This document shows positions 7,921 through 16,696 of a DNA stretch of 64,000 nt, one piece after another. The notes below the pieces were generated by a model that saw only the letters and a program-made list of their open reading frames with translations, had not been told where the DNA came from and ran no database searches. The position numbers and the translations under genes are program-made. The DNA lies in IMG/VR virus record IMGVR_UViG_3300025133_005514, positions 9,075 to 73,074 of that record; one strand, 5' to 3'. Source of the DNA: a virus. Within the stretch, counting starts at the first letter, position 1. Every line of letters begins with the position of its first letter.

Positions 7921-8285
7921 CCCTTCGTCTGTCCCTGCCCTCCCCGAAGGGGTGCAGCTAAAGACAAGGGTTAAGCGCGTTCACCTACTGCGGGTCTACC
8001 GACCGGCTCCTAGCGGGACGAAACTAGGAGCGCACGCAGAGACGGGCGTCCGACTGCGGCGGGGGCTTAGGTACCGCAGGTCTCCAGGGCGTGCGTAGCA
8101 CTTAGGCAACCCCGGACGCCGCCATCACCACTGGACCAGGGTCCTTAGTGAAGCGCTGACCAAATCATCCCGGGCTTCGGGGAGGTGGCAACCATTTGGT
8201 TTATGTGGTAACCGTGCGGATGCAACGTCCGCAAGAGCAGTCTTGCTCCGAACCCCCCGTCCAGTCAAGGCTAGGCGGGGGGTTC
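7921..8285 (+). ncRNA. Candidate large structured non-coding RNA (unknown family)
   Basis: Intergenic region tiled with nested stems: 7921-30/7962-70, 7974-84/8148-57, 8006-13/8024-31, 8031-37/8089-95, 8039-43/8080-84, 8054-59/8074-79, 8159-65/8194-8200, 8216-32, 8235-48, 8250-85. Possible pseudoknot 8045-52/8113-20. G-U pairs favour the + strand. Confidence 0.6.
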
Positions 8286-8507
8286 GTGTATCCGGGGGTG
8301 GAGGCGGGGCCTGCGGCATAAGTTTCGAGGCCGACATAGACCTGGCCCCAGCCCGCGCGCGTGTAGTCGTGGCGCAAAGCTCGCCAAATCGGCAAAAGGG
8401 CCAAAAACGCTGGACGTCTCGGCAGTGTACGCTGATTCTCAGTTGCCCCGCCGCTCTCGCCGGATTCACCGGAGGGGGGGTTTTTTACTCTGGACAAGGA
8501 TTTACTA

Positions 8508-9227
8508 GTGCTCCTTATCTCTTCTCTTCTCGTTGCCCTGTTGGGGCTCCTCTCTTTCAACATCTACAGGAAGGCCAACTCCACCGAGGATGCCTTCCTC
8601 AACCGGTTGGGGCAGTTCGTTCCTGACAAGTACGAATGGCCCGACCCCCTGTCCCTGACGGAGGTTGAGGAGGTCAACATGGCCTTGCTCACCTCCGACG
8701 CCACCGACGTTCCTGCCGCCTTCAGGCTCATCCTGAGGCTGCTCGACACCGTCGAGGACTTGGAGGCCGACTACGGCATCCAGGAGAGGGCCCACAAGGA
8801 CGAGGTCAAGCTCTTGACGGGGGTGCTGAAGCGGCGTAACGAACTGCTCGACTCCATCATGGAGGAGCGGACCACGGTGTTCACGGCGGTCAGCACGGCG
8901 AAGCAGGCTGTTGCTGAACTCCAGGACGATCTGGACAAGGCCGGTGACTACTTCATCAAGGCCATGATGGAGGCCCCCTCGACGACCCATCAGGCTGGCA
9001 TCACCGCCGATGCCCTGGAAGATCTCGACACCCTGGTTGGTCAGACCAACCGCGAAGGGGACGTCCTGAACCAGGCCGACGCCGACTTCTGGGCGATGCA
9101 CGACAGCTTGTCTCAGGCTGAGAGGGGAGAGATTGACAGCATCCTCCCCCTCCAGACCTGGGAGGACGACCTGCTCGACAGCCTCGACAGCGACCTGAAC
9201 GACTTCAACTTCTGGCCGATGGTTTAG
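8508..9227 (+). CDS. Membrane-anchored acidic coiled-coil protein
   Basis: AAGGA RBS, N-terminal TM helix, heptad-rich acidic body. Confidence 0.7.
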   Translation: MLLISSLLVALLGLLSFNIYRKANSTEDAFLNRLGQFVPDKYEWPDPLSLTEVEEVNMALLTSDATDVPAAFRLILRLLDTVEDLEADYGIQERAHKDEVKLLTGVLKRRNELLDSIMEERTTVFTAVSTAKQAVAELQDDLDKAGDYFIKAMMEAPSTTHQAGITADALEDLDTLVGQTNREGDVLNQADADFWAMHDSLSQAERGEIDSILPLQTWEDDLLDSLDSDLNDFNFWPMV

Positions 9228-9324
9228 CGGTCTGTGCTGCGAACAGCGGGGCGGGGATGTGCTTCGCTCCGCTGTTCCACTGCACAGACGGCAATCACGC
9301 CAACCAAAACTGGAGACTGAGGTT

Positions 9325-9507
9325 ATGGGAACTCTTGCAGACGAACTGTTGCGAGCCGTTGAGGGCGTCATCAACGATGCCCTTGTCAACGACGGCATCG
9401 ACGACCTCCCCGGAAGAGTGGACGACCTTGAGTGGAAGCTCAAGCGGGTGCAGAACACTGTCAAAGAGCTTGACGAGCTTCTTGCCGCCCTGAAGGTGGA
9501 GGACTGA
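9325..9507 (+). CDS. Small coiled-coil protein
   Basis: ATG at 9325 after GAGG. TGATG coupling to the ATPase. Confidence 0.6.
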   Translation: MGTLADELLRAVEGVINDALVNDGIDDLPGRVDDLEWKLKRVQNTVKELDELLAALKVED

Positions 9508-10364
9508 TGAACATCGACCTCCCCACCCTGGAGCGTCAGATTCGGGAGCAGGGCTATGTGCCTCGCCGCTCCGAACTCTTGATGCTGGCAGATGCACTGA
9601 CTGTTGACAGTCGTGTTGCCGGCATCCGCTCCGTCCTTCTTGAGGGGCTGCCCGGTACCGGCAAGTCGGCGTTTGCCGAGGTTGTTGCCTCGGTCCTTGG
9701 ATGCCCTTTGGTTGTCCATCAGCTTCATCAGTGGAGCGATGCTGACGACCTGTTTGTCGGTGTTGACGTCGCTGCTGCTGTCGGCGGCGAGGCTGACAAG
9801 GTCCGACAGGATGGCGTCCTTGCCGTCACCGCTCGTATGTCGGAGAAGGGCGCTGTCATTCTCCTTCTTGACGAGGTGGACAAGACCCATGAGCGGTGTG
9901 AAGCACTGCTGCTGGACTGGTTGCAGACGGGGCGAGTTCCGGTCAAGCCCGGTCACCACGTTCGCACCGTCATCAGCAACGTCATCGTCTTCCTGACCAG
10001 CAATGCTCAGAGGGACTTGAGCGATGCCCTGATGCGGCGCTGTGCCAGGGTCCAGATGGGGCTGCTCCCCTTCGATACCCAGGTCGGCATCATTTCCGGC
10101 AAGACCGGGCTCCCCAAGGGGTTCGTCAAGGTGACCTGGAAGGCGGCGATCCACATCGCTCAGTCCGAAGGGAACAAGGGGCTCTCCCTTCAGGAGGGGC
10201 ACCGACTGGTCGGAACCATCGTCCGGTTCGCTGAAACGATGGATGATATCAGGCTCATCCTCTCAAGCTGGGCTGCACGAACCCCCAAAGGCCGGAACAC
10301 GGCGGCAACGACTGACGTCTCTGCTGTCTGGTCCGAACTCAACAACGTCCGAAAGAGCGGGTAG
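9507..10364 (+). CDS. MoxR/CbbQ/NirQ-type AAA+ ATPase
   Basis: Walker A GLPGTGKS, Walker B LLLDEVDK, 'FLTSNAQRDLSDALMRR' (sensor 1 / Arg finger). Confidence 0.9.
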   Translation: MNIDLPTLERQIREQGYVPRRSELLMLADALTVDSRVAGIRSVLLEGLPGTGKSAFAEVVASVLGCPLVVHQLHQWSDADDLFVGVDVAAAVGGEADKVRQDGVLAVTARMSEKGAVILLLDEVDKTHERCEALLLDWLQTGRVPVKPGHHVRTVISNVIVFLTSNAQRDLSDALMRRCARVQMGLLPFDTQVGIISGKTGLPKGFVKVTWKAAIHIAQSEGNKGLSLQEGHRLVGTIVRFAETMDDIRLILSSWAARTPKGRNTAATTDVSAVWSELNNVRKSG

Positions 10365-10368
10365 GAAC

Positions 10369-11031
10369 ATGAACCAGAACGAATTCAACGACTTCATCAA
10401 CGATGCGTTGCATAGCCTCATGAGGGTAGCGGCTCCTCCCATCCCCGGCACGGAGTCCCTTGAGGACTTCACGGAGGAGGAGGCTCTGGACCTGGGGTTG
10501 CTGTTCGTCGGTGACGACCCCGACCCCTCGACCGGATGCGGAGAGAGCGCCCTCCGAACCCCCTTCCACACCCCCTCCAGCCCCATCGAGGATGCCATCG
10601 CTGTCAACCTTGTTGGCGACACCCACCCCGAGGAGTTCGAACGCTTCATGGAGCGGTTCGACGAGGCTCACAGCATCGCCCTGAGAGGTGACTACGTCTC
10701 CTTCCCCCATCTGACCCAAAGGGTGGACCTGGGCAACGGCACCTTCCGGGTCATCATGCCGTTCGTCGGCCATATCGAGCACGAAGAGGACGGTCCCCAC
10801 GACGACGAGTGTCAGTGGGTCCATGCAATGGACTTCGACCTGGGGGTTCTTCCTGCTTCCTGCTTTGAGCGGCTTGGGGACAACCCCGAGAGGCTCGCCG
10901 AGGCGAAGGCTGTGATGGCAGAGGTTGATGGCAACAAGGCTGTTGCCGATGCGATGACGAACATGGCCGAGGAGTACAGCCTTCCCGAAGGGGTCCCGAT
11001 GACCTTCGGGACCATCGTCGGCGACTGCTAG
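10369..11031 (+). CDS. Acidic hypothetical protein
   Basis: ATG at 10369. D/E-rich, 220 aa. Lies between AAA+ and vWA genes. Confidence 0.65.
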   Translation: MNQNEFNDFINDALHSLMRVAAPPIPGTESLEDFTEEEALDLGLLFVGDDPDPSTGCGESALRTPFHTPSSPIEDAIAVNLVGDTHPEEFERFMERFDEAHSIALRGDYVSFPHLTQRVDLGNGTFRVIMPFVGHIEHEEDGPHDDECQWVHAMDFDLGVLPASCFERLGDNPERLAEAKAVMAEVDGNKAVADAMTNMAEEYSLPEGVPMTFGTIVGDC

Positions 11032-11050
11032 CAGTCTTCCCTTTGCCGCA

Positions 11051-11085
11051 CTGCCCTGGGGCTTCTCTCCGGGGCTCCAGGGCAG
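11051..11085 (+). terminator. Intergenic stem-loop (terminator or processing site)
   Basis: CTGCCCTGGGGCTTC/GGGGCTCCAGGGCAG stem with G-U pairs, no U tract. Confidence 0.4.
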
Positions 11086-11119
11086 GCGATAGAGGGTAGG
11101 CAAAACAGGAAGGGAGAGG

Positions 11120-12823
11120 GTGATGAGCGAGCATAAGAAAATCTGGAAGCTCCGGGAGATTCAGTCTCTCCTTAGCAAGGGTCCGTCTACGGATTTTGGG
11201 TCCTGCTATCCGGCCTACTATGAGCCGACCACTGGGGAGCGGGTTTACCTTCCTCAACTCCGGGAAGCTGGCAACCCCTGGCCTGGAGGCAATTGTGAGC
11301 TGAGTGAGTACCTCCGCCGCATTGACCAGCGAATCAGCAAGTACGGACCGAACGCCGAGTACGAGGCCCACCGTCGTTGGGAGGAAGACCACGGCGACGA
11401 CAAGCCCATCAACCACAACGAGTCGAAGGGAGACAGCGATGAACAAGCCGATGAACTAAACAAGGGTGGAGGACAGGGCGAATCGCCAGAGAGCGGAGCG
11501 AACGCACAGTCAGAGACTTCTGCACAAGGACAGGGACAGTCCGAGGGCAGCGGCCAGACGATGGGCAAAAACGAAGCTTCCAACACCGGACACTCCGGTG
11601 GGCCCACAAGCAGTGGTGGGTCTGGCGAGGGGAATGGGCAGACAATGGGGCAGCCGTCGTCCAACGGCAGTCCAGGAAAGAGCCCAGGTAGTAGAGAAGG
11701 CCGCTCCAGCGACTCCGAGGGATTCGGAAAGCAGGGAGACAACGCCGGCCAGCCGAAATCATCCAACCAGTCAGACGGCCGACAAGGTGTCCAGACTGAG
11801 AAGAACCGAAGCTTTGGGGAGGGGGTTGATCGCCCCAGCTCCGAGGGCCGAGACAACACCCTTAAGGGTGGGTTGGACGACGACGGTAGGAGACGCGGTT
11901 TCCCAACCGTGAAAACTCTGGATCCAGGAGGGGACGCTTCGACACCCTTCTTTCCTTACGAGGGAACTCGGGGGCTGCATCAGACCATTGCGGAAAGCGA
12001 TGACTCTGGTGTGGCCCCCGCACCCACCTCCCGAATGGCTCTTGAGGAGTTTAAATCCCTCTTTGAAGCCATTCAGGAGGACGGTGGGTTGCACACAGCC
12101 CGAAGCATCAACAACAACCCCGGCGGCGTCACCCAAAGCATGATTGGGGACGCCTACGGATTCGCTGCCAGGATGCCCAAGAAGGATATTCGGAGGGTGA
12201 AGCAGCTTATCGACCGCATGTTCAAGTCCTTTGAGCAGGGCACCTTCGGTGAGTTCGTTCCCCGCATCGACCCCACCAAGCTGGTCAAGGAGCTTGTGGG
12301 TAAGAGCTACCGGCTTGGACGGTGCGCCGAGGAGTCTCAGGAGTCAGGGCTTAAGGTCCTCCTTGTGGATAACAGCGGGTCCTGCCACTCGATTTGCGGA
12401 CCGGCTATGGCGGCTTGTATCGAGCTTGCCAGGGCCGACCCTGACATCGTTATTTACGTCCACTCCAATGGGTGGGCCACAGGGGATGCCTACCGGGACG
12501 ACCTGATTGGTGTCAGGGCTCATGAGGTTGTAGGGATTCGGCGAGGACACGGCATTGACTCCATCGACCTGAAGGGTGTGAACATTGCCGGCGTCGTCGC
12601 CTTCGGGGACTGGGATGCGGTCGACCTCTATCAGCAGCTTGTAGAGGTGGCTCCGCTGATTTGGATCGACCCGTCGGACGATGCGAACGCTTGGCGAGGC
12701 GAATCCTGTCACTCAATCGTGGAACACAAGAACACCCTCTACATCCCTTGCATGGACTGGAGCGCCCCCCTGGGCTGGTCTGCGAAGGCGATTGACAAGG
12801 CTTTGGCTGAGTCGGGGAGGTGA
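11120..12823 (+). CDS. vWA-domain protein with long Gly/Ser/Gln disordered linker (MoxR partner, CobT-like architecture)
   Basis: MIDAS-like 'VLLVDNSGS' and later 'VVAFGDWD'. ~150-aa low-complexity linker. Confidence 0.8.
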   Translation: MMSEHKKIWKLREIQSLLSKGPSTDFGSCYPAYYEPTTGERVYLPQLREAGNPWPGGNCELSEYLRRIDQRISKYGPNAEYEAHRRWEEDHGDDKPINHNESKGDSDEQADELNKGGGQGESPESGANAQSETSAQGQGQSEGSGQTMGKNEASNTGHSGGPTSSGGSGEGNGQTMGQPSSNGSPGKSPGSREGRSSDSEGFGKQGDNAGQPKSSNQSDGRQGVQTEKNRSFGEGVDRPSSEGRDNTLKGGLDDDGRRRGFPTVKTLDPGGDASTPFFPYEGTRGLHQTIAESDDSGVAPAPTSRMALEEFKSLFEAIQEDGGLHTARSINNNPGGVTQSMIGDAYGFAARMPKKDIRRVKQLIDRMFKSFEQGTFGEFVPRIDPTKLVKELVGKSYRLGRCAEESQESGLKVLLVDNSGSCHSICGPAMAACIELARADPDIVIYVHSNGWATGDAYRDDLIGVRAHEVVGIRRGHGIDSIDLKGVNIAGVVAFGDWDAVDLYQQLVEVAPLIWIDPSDDANAWRGESCHSIVEHKNTLYIPCMDWSAPLGWSAKAIDKALAESGR

Positions 12824-12826
12824 CTT

Positions 12827-13069
12827 ATCGGGAAATTCCTATGGGATTCCGGCGGTTCCCTACCGTTTTCGCTACGGCAAGCTCTGTTGGGTGTCCAGTC
12901 CGCAAGACGGGCCGACAACCTTCAGATGATTTGCAGAGCGACCATAGAGGCTTACAAGATTGCTGAGATGTTCGGGTGCCAGCTTCGCTTCGTTGCCGGC
13001 CAACCACACTCAACCATCGTCAACATTACCGGCTCCGTCAACGGGACTTGGCTGCTCTACGAGGACTAG
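12827..13069 (+). CDS. Hypothetical protein with probable non-canonical ATC start
   Basis: Open frame continues from the vWA stop. GGAGGTGA-CTT-ATC has the same spacing as GGAGGTGA-GTA-ATG at 42620. Confidence 0.45.
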   Translation: MGKFLWDSGGSLPFSLRQALLGVQSARRADNLQMICRATIEAYKIAEMFGCQLRFVAGQPHSTIVNITGSVNGTWLLYED

Positions 13070-13145
13070 AACGACAACACACATCATAGAACGATTGAGG
13101 GCGGTTGGGGAGCCTGAGACTTGGGCGAAGGAAGGGGTTTAGGCC

Positions 13146-14138
13146 ATGTCATACAAAGAAGAAGCGCTTGGGAGTCTCCGTTACCTTAAGGAGCACATCT
13201 CCATGCTGGAGGATGAGGTTCTCTGCATCGAGGAAGGGGGCGACAACGTCGCTGAGGAGCTTGGGTTCGACGACCTTGACGACCTTAAGGACCAGTTGGG
13301 AAACATCTGTGGCAACAACTACGACAGCGCGGAGGCTGTGGAGCATCTCTGGAACACCATCAACAACCACGGCCTTCACTATGAGGCCGACCTGGTTAAC
13401 TGGCTTGACCATGAGGGCTGTGGAGATCACGCCGAGCCCGCCACCAACGACAACGACACCATCAAAGCCTTCCTCCGCAAGCTAGAGGGCAAAGGCATCC
13501 TCTTCGTCAACAACGACCTGGAGGAGTTCTCCTTCAAGAACTTGATGGACATTGCTGACGAGAGGGAGGCCGCCAAGGTCCCCGACCTGTTGACCGGCCT
13601 CCGAGCGACGGACGGCGGCTACCTGTGGAAGCTCCAGAAAGATGTGCTGTTCCCAAAGACTGACGGGGAGTTTGGACTCAACGGTTGTCCTGATGGGGTC
13701 CGGGTTGAGGTCGGCTTTGGGGCGCAGCCTCAGAACCCTTGCTGGACCGGTAATGTGGTCTACGTGATGAAAGAGGGGTCGCTTGTGAACGAGGCGACCG
13801 ACCAGCTTATGGGCCGGGGGGTCCCTGTTGTTGAGAAGTGGCGCTGGCTTCCCAGTGCTGGGCTGAAGCCCTCCGGCCAGCGACCATGTCTTCCCGACGG
13901 CAAGCTGTTCCAGGACGGGGAGTGGCTTGAGATGTTCTGGGATGAGGGATCCTGCCCCGGGAGGGGCAACGGTACCGCGTGCTTCTACCAGCCCGGTACC
14001 GGGAAGAGTCTTGGCTCCGACCTTTGTAGTTGGAGTACGGACATGGCCTTGTCCACCAACTGGCTTTGGGAGGTTGTCAGCCCAGACCGCGCAAAGGAGC
14101 TTCAAGCCCGGCTCGATGAGTTTGAAGCCGGCCGGTGA
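13146..14138 (+). CDS. Hypothetical protein (acidic N-terminal half, Trp/Cys-rich C-terminal half)
   Basis: 330-aa ORF with operon-like codon usage. Confidence 0.7.
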   Translation: MSYKEEALGSLRYLKEHISMLEDEVLCIEEGGDNVAEELGFDDLDDLKDQLGNICGNNYDSAEAVEHLWNTINNHGLHYEADLVNWLDHEGCGDHAEPATNDNDTIKAFLRKLEGKGILFVNNDLEEFSFKNLMDIADEREAAKVPDLLTGLRATDGGYLWKLQKDVLFPKTDGEFGLNGCPDGVRVEVGFGAQPQNPCWTGNVVYVMKEGSLVNEATDQLMGRGVPVVEKWRWLPSAGLKPSGQRPCLPDGKLFQDGEWLEMFWDEGSCPGRGNGTACFYQPGTGKSLGSDLCSWSTDMALSTNWLWEVVSPDRAKELQARLDEFEAGR

Positions 14139-14349
14139 CCTCCGAGCCTCCCCCGATGGGGGGCAGTGGGTTAAGGCATAAGTCTTGAGGCTTCTCCCCA
14201 GGAGCTTCCCCCAGCCTCCCTAACGGTTGAGGCTAGGAACACCCCAAAAACGCCGAATCCGGCTAAGTCCCCGGAATTCCGGCGGAAATCCGGTGTGTCA
14301 TGCTCGTTTCTCAACCGGCCCGAAGTTGGCCAAACCGGAGAAAACGAAA

Positions 14350-15042
14350 ATGGCGAAATCCCCTATCTACTGTGACGACATCCCCCAGGTTGGAGACTTC
14401 AGCGTCTCCGTCTCGACGTACAACCTGGACCGTGGCGTCTCCATCGTCCCCTCCCGTCACTACGTGACTCGGGACGGTCGGGCCGGAATGTCCTGGATGA
14501 CCGGAGGCAAGTACCCGCTCTCCATCGCCGATGCGAAGGTGGTGCGGGACCTGCTGATCAAGGCTTGCGCCGTCGCTGATACTCAGCAGGCGAAGGTCAA
14601 CGAGCGCCGCCGCCAGGAGGCGGAAGCGGTCACCCTTCAGCCTCAGGGCGCTTCCGGTCACACCGGAGCCGCTGGCCCCGTCAAGACTCCGGTGTGGTTC
14701 GCCGATCCGGTCAAGGGTCAGCCCGTCCAGACCACGCTGGACGCCGTCCCCGCTGGCGGTCAGTACATGGCCCTCGACCAGAAGGGCGGATGGCAGACGA
14801 AGCCTGCCCCCGTCGCCGCCCCCCCGGCGATGCCGCCGGCCATGCCGGGGATGCCGGCCGCTCCGGCCATGCCGACCGTCGCCGCCGTTCAGCCCGCTTC
14901 CTTCGACCCGATGCAGGTGAAAGGGAACGCGACCAACGTCATGAAGCGGCTCGCCCTGGATTCGTTCGGCGTCGCCCATGACGGTGTCAAGGGTGCAGCC
15001 CTGACGGCGCTCCTCAAGACCGCCCAGAAGGCGAACGCCTAA
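14350..15042 (+). CDS. Possible PC4-like ssDNA-binding protein with Pro/Ala-rich extension
   Basis: 'FSVSVSTYNLDRGVSI..RHYVTRDG..GGKYPLSIADAKVVRDLL' parallels the PC4/YdbC pattern. GGAG plus A-rich RBS, strongly biased codons. Confidence 0.5.
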   Translation: MAKSPIYCDDIPQVGDFSVSVSTYNLDRGVSIVPSRHYVTRDGRAGMSWMTGGKYPLSIADAKVVRDLLIKACAVADTQQAKVNERRRQEAEAVTLQPQGASGHTGAAGPVKTPVWFADPVKGQPVQTTLDAVPAGGQYMALDQKGGWQTKPAPVAAPPAMPPAMPGMPAAPAMPTVAAVQPASFDPMQVKGNATNVMKRLALDSFGVAHDGVKGAALTALLKTAQKANA

Positions 15043-15299
15043 TGGCCGCTCGTACCCACATCGCCGTCAACGTCTCCGACGTTCGTGACGATCACAAGGC
15101 GCTTAACGCGCTTTGCGTGGTCCCGTTGCTGTTGGCCGTTGCCTTCGAAGCTGTAGAGGATGCCGAGCGGCGGATGGTCGTCACCGCTGCCGCCGATGAC
15201 TCCGGGGCGGTCGCCGTCGAAGCGTTCAACCTGGGTTGGGCTTGCGCTTCCTACTGGGATGCCCGGAGCGAAGCCCTCATCGGTGGGGAGGGTTCCTAG
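15042..15299 (+). CDS. Hypothetical protein
   Basis: TAATG coupling. Confidence 0.55.
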   Translation: MAARTHIAVNVSDVRDDHKALNALCVVPLLLAVAFEAVEDAERRMVVTAAADDSGAVAVEAFNLGWACASYWDARSEALIGGEGS

Positions 15300-15405
15300 C
15301 GTGGTCGCCTTCGCTTCCCTCTGCATCGCCCTTGCCCTCGTCGGTTCGATGGACTGGTCCCGCACCGTTCCCGCCGATGAGTGACTGACGGGCCGACACC
15401 CCACG

Positions 15406-15451
15406 GCGAACCCCAGGATCGGCTTGACGGCTGGTCCTGGGGTTTCGCTTT
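15406..15451 (+). terminator. Intrinsic terminator ending rightward early operon
   Basis: GCGAA-CCCCAGGATCGGC / GCTGGTCCTGGGGTTTCGC stem followed by TTT. Confidence 0.7.
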
Positions 15452-16104
15452 GTGGCGGCAGCAACGGCCTACCAGTCCATCAAATGAGCAATGAATGCCG
15501 GTCCTGCTCCGGTCGCTTCCCAGCGGCCTACGACCCGGCTAGCGGCCTCCGCCGCATTCCGCCCCACAGTCCAGCCGACTGCTAACAGGCTTCCCCTACA
15601 GCGTTTCAGCTACTGCCGCCCAACATCACCGGGCCGGCTGCCCTACCTCCGTTTGCAGCTAACTACCCGTTTCTCAACGGTATTTGGCCCACGGCCAGGC
15701 CGTACTACTACGTAGTACGCTTTGCGGCCCTCTCAGCCGCCCTCTCAGCCGTCCGAGCCCTCCGGCCATGCCAGGACCTAGGCACGGCCCTGCAAAGCCA
15801 GGAGAGGCGACGCCAGCGGCCAGCAACAGCCGCTCTGAGCAAGGCGAGCAACCCCAGGAGCGAATAGGCGACGACAAGGGGGGCCGTTCCCCAGGTCCGG
15901 TGCTGCCCTGGACCGCCGGCCTGCCCTGCCCCTGACCCGCTGAGAGCCCACGTTCACCCCGTGCCTCCCCTACCTACCCCAAACGGCGATGCCCCTACCT
16001 ACTGCCCAACAGCGCCGACGCCCATCGTCCGCAGCCTGTCACCTTGTACCTGTATGGGGCTGGCTAGGAGCCGATCTGGGGACCCCTGTGCGAATCGATG
16101 ACCC

Positions 16105-16143
16105 ACCCCCCTGGGGGGGTCTGAATTCTATATATATTGATAC
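16105..16143. other. C6-T-G7 palindrome plus AT-rich tract in a long non-coding region (candidate packaging/terminus signal)
   Basis: ACCCCCCTGGGGGGGT followed by GAATTCTATATATATTGATAC, at the convergence of two operons. Confidence 0.4.
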
Positions 16144-16696
16144 GGTATGCCCCGCCGACCCTCACCACAAACGCCCTACATAGCCCCTGTCGGCTCGTTG
16201 GTGGGCTATCTGTAGCTGGTTGTGGCTGCTCCGCGCTGCTCTGGGGCCGGCAGCTGCTGCGATGACTTGTTGCTGCAACATCACGGGGGGAACACAGAGG
16301 TCCTCCCCCCCTAATCCCCCCCTCATCGGGGAAATTAACTTAGTTCGGTGCTAAGTAGCGGGACTCCACCGGGGCTGGTGGGACTGGCCGGCAGCTGTGC
16401 ATGTGGTGCAGCTGATCGGCCGACCTCACCCCCGGGGGGGTTGTTGGGACGGTACTAGTGGGGGTGCCGGAAGTTAATTGTGTCACTCATCTGCCACCCT
16501 CCAGCCGCTTAACCCGCCGCTTCGACGTGTGCGGGTCGGGCAGCCCGCAGAAGCTCGACGCGATGCAACGGGGGATGCGCTGCTTCGAGAGCCGAACCTA
16601 CTTCCGCGAATGGCTTCGCGAGGTCCTCGAACACCCCAAATTCGCAGCCAGTCCCTAGCAGCCGGGGGAGCGTGAACTCCTCGATCGCTAAATTCC

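Noticed and set aside
8014-8031. Hammerhead ribozyme suggested by GGACGAAAC
   Set aside because: No CTGANGA core upstream; the sequence sits in the loop of a simple hairpin.
7950-8160. Group I intron suggested by GCAGCTAAAG and GCAGAGAC
   Set aside because: No interrupted gene and no matching P7 partner or P4-P6 pattern found.
8505-10202. 565-aa minus-strand ORF
   Set aside because: Antisense shadow of well-supported + strand genes (AAA+ ATPase and neighbours) in high-GC DNA.
16458-16658. 66-aa + strand ORF as a terminase small subunit near the putative pac region
   Set aside because: No recognisable motif and a weak start context. It may be a real small gene but cannot be assigned.
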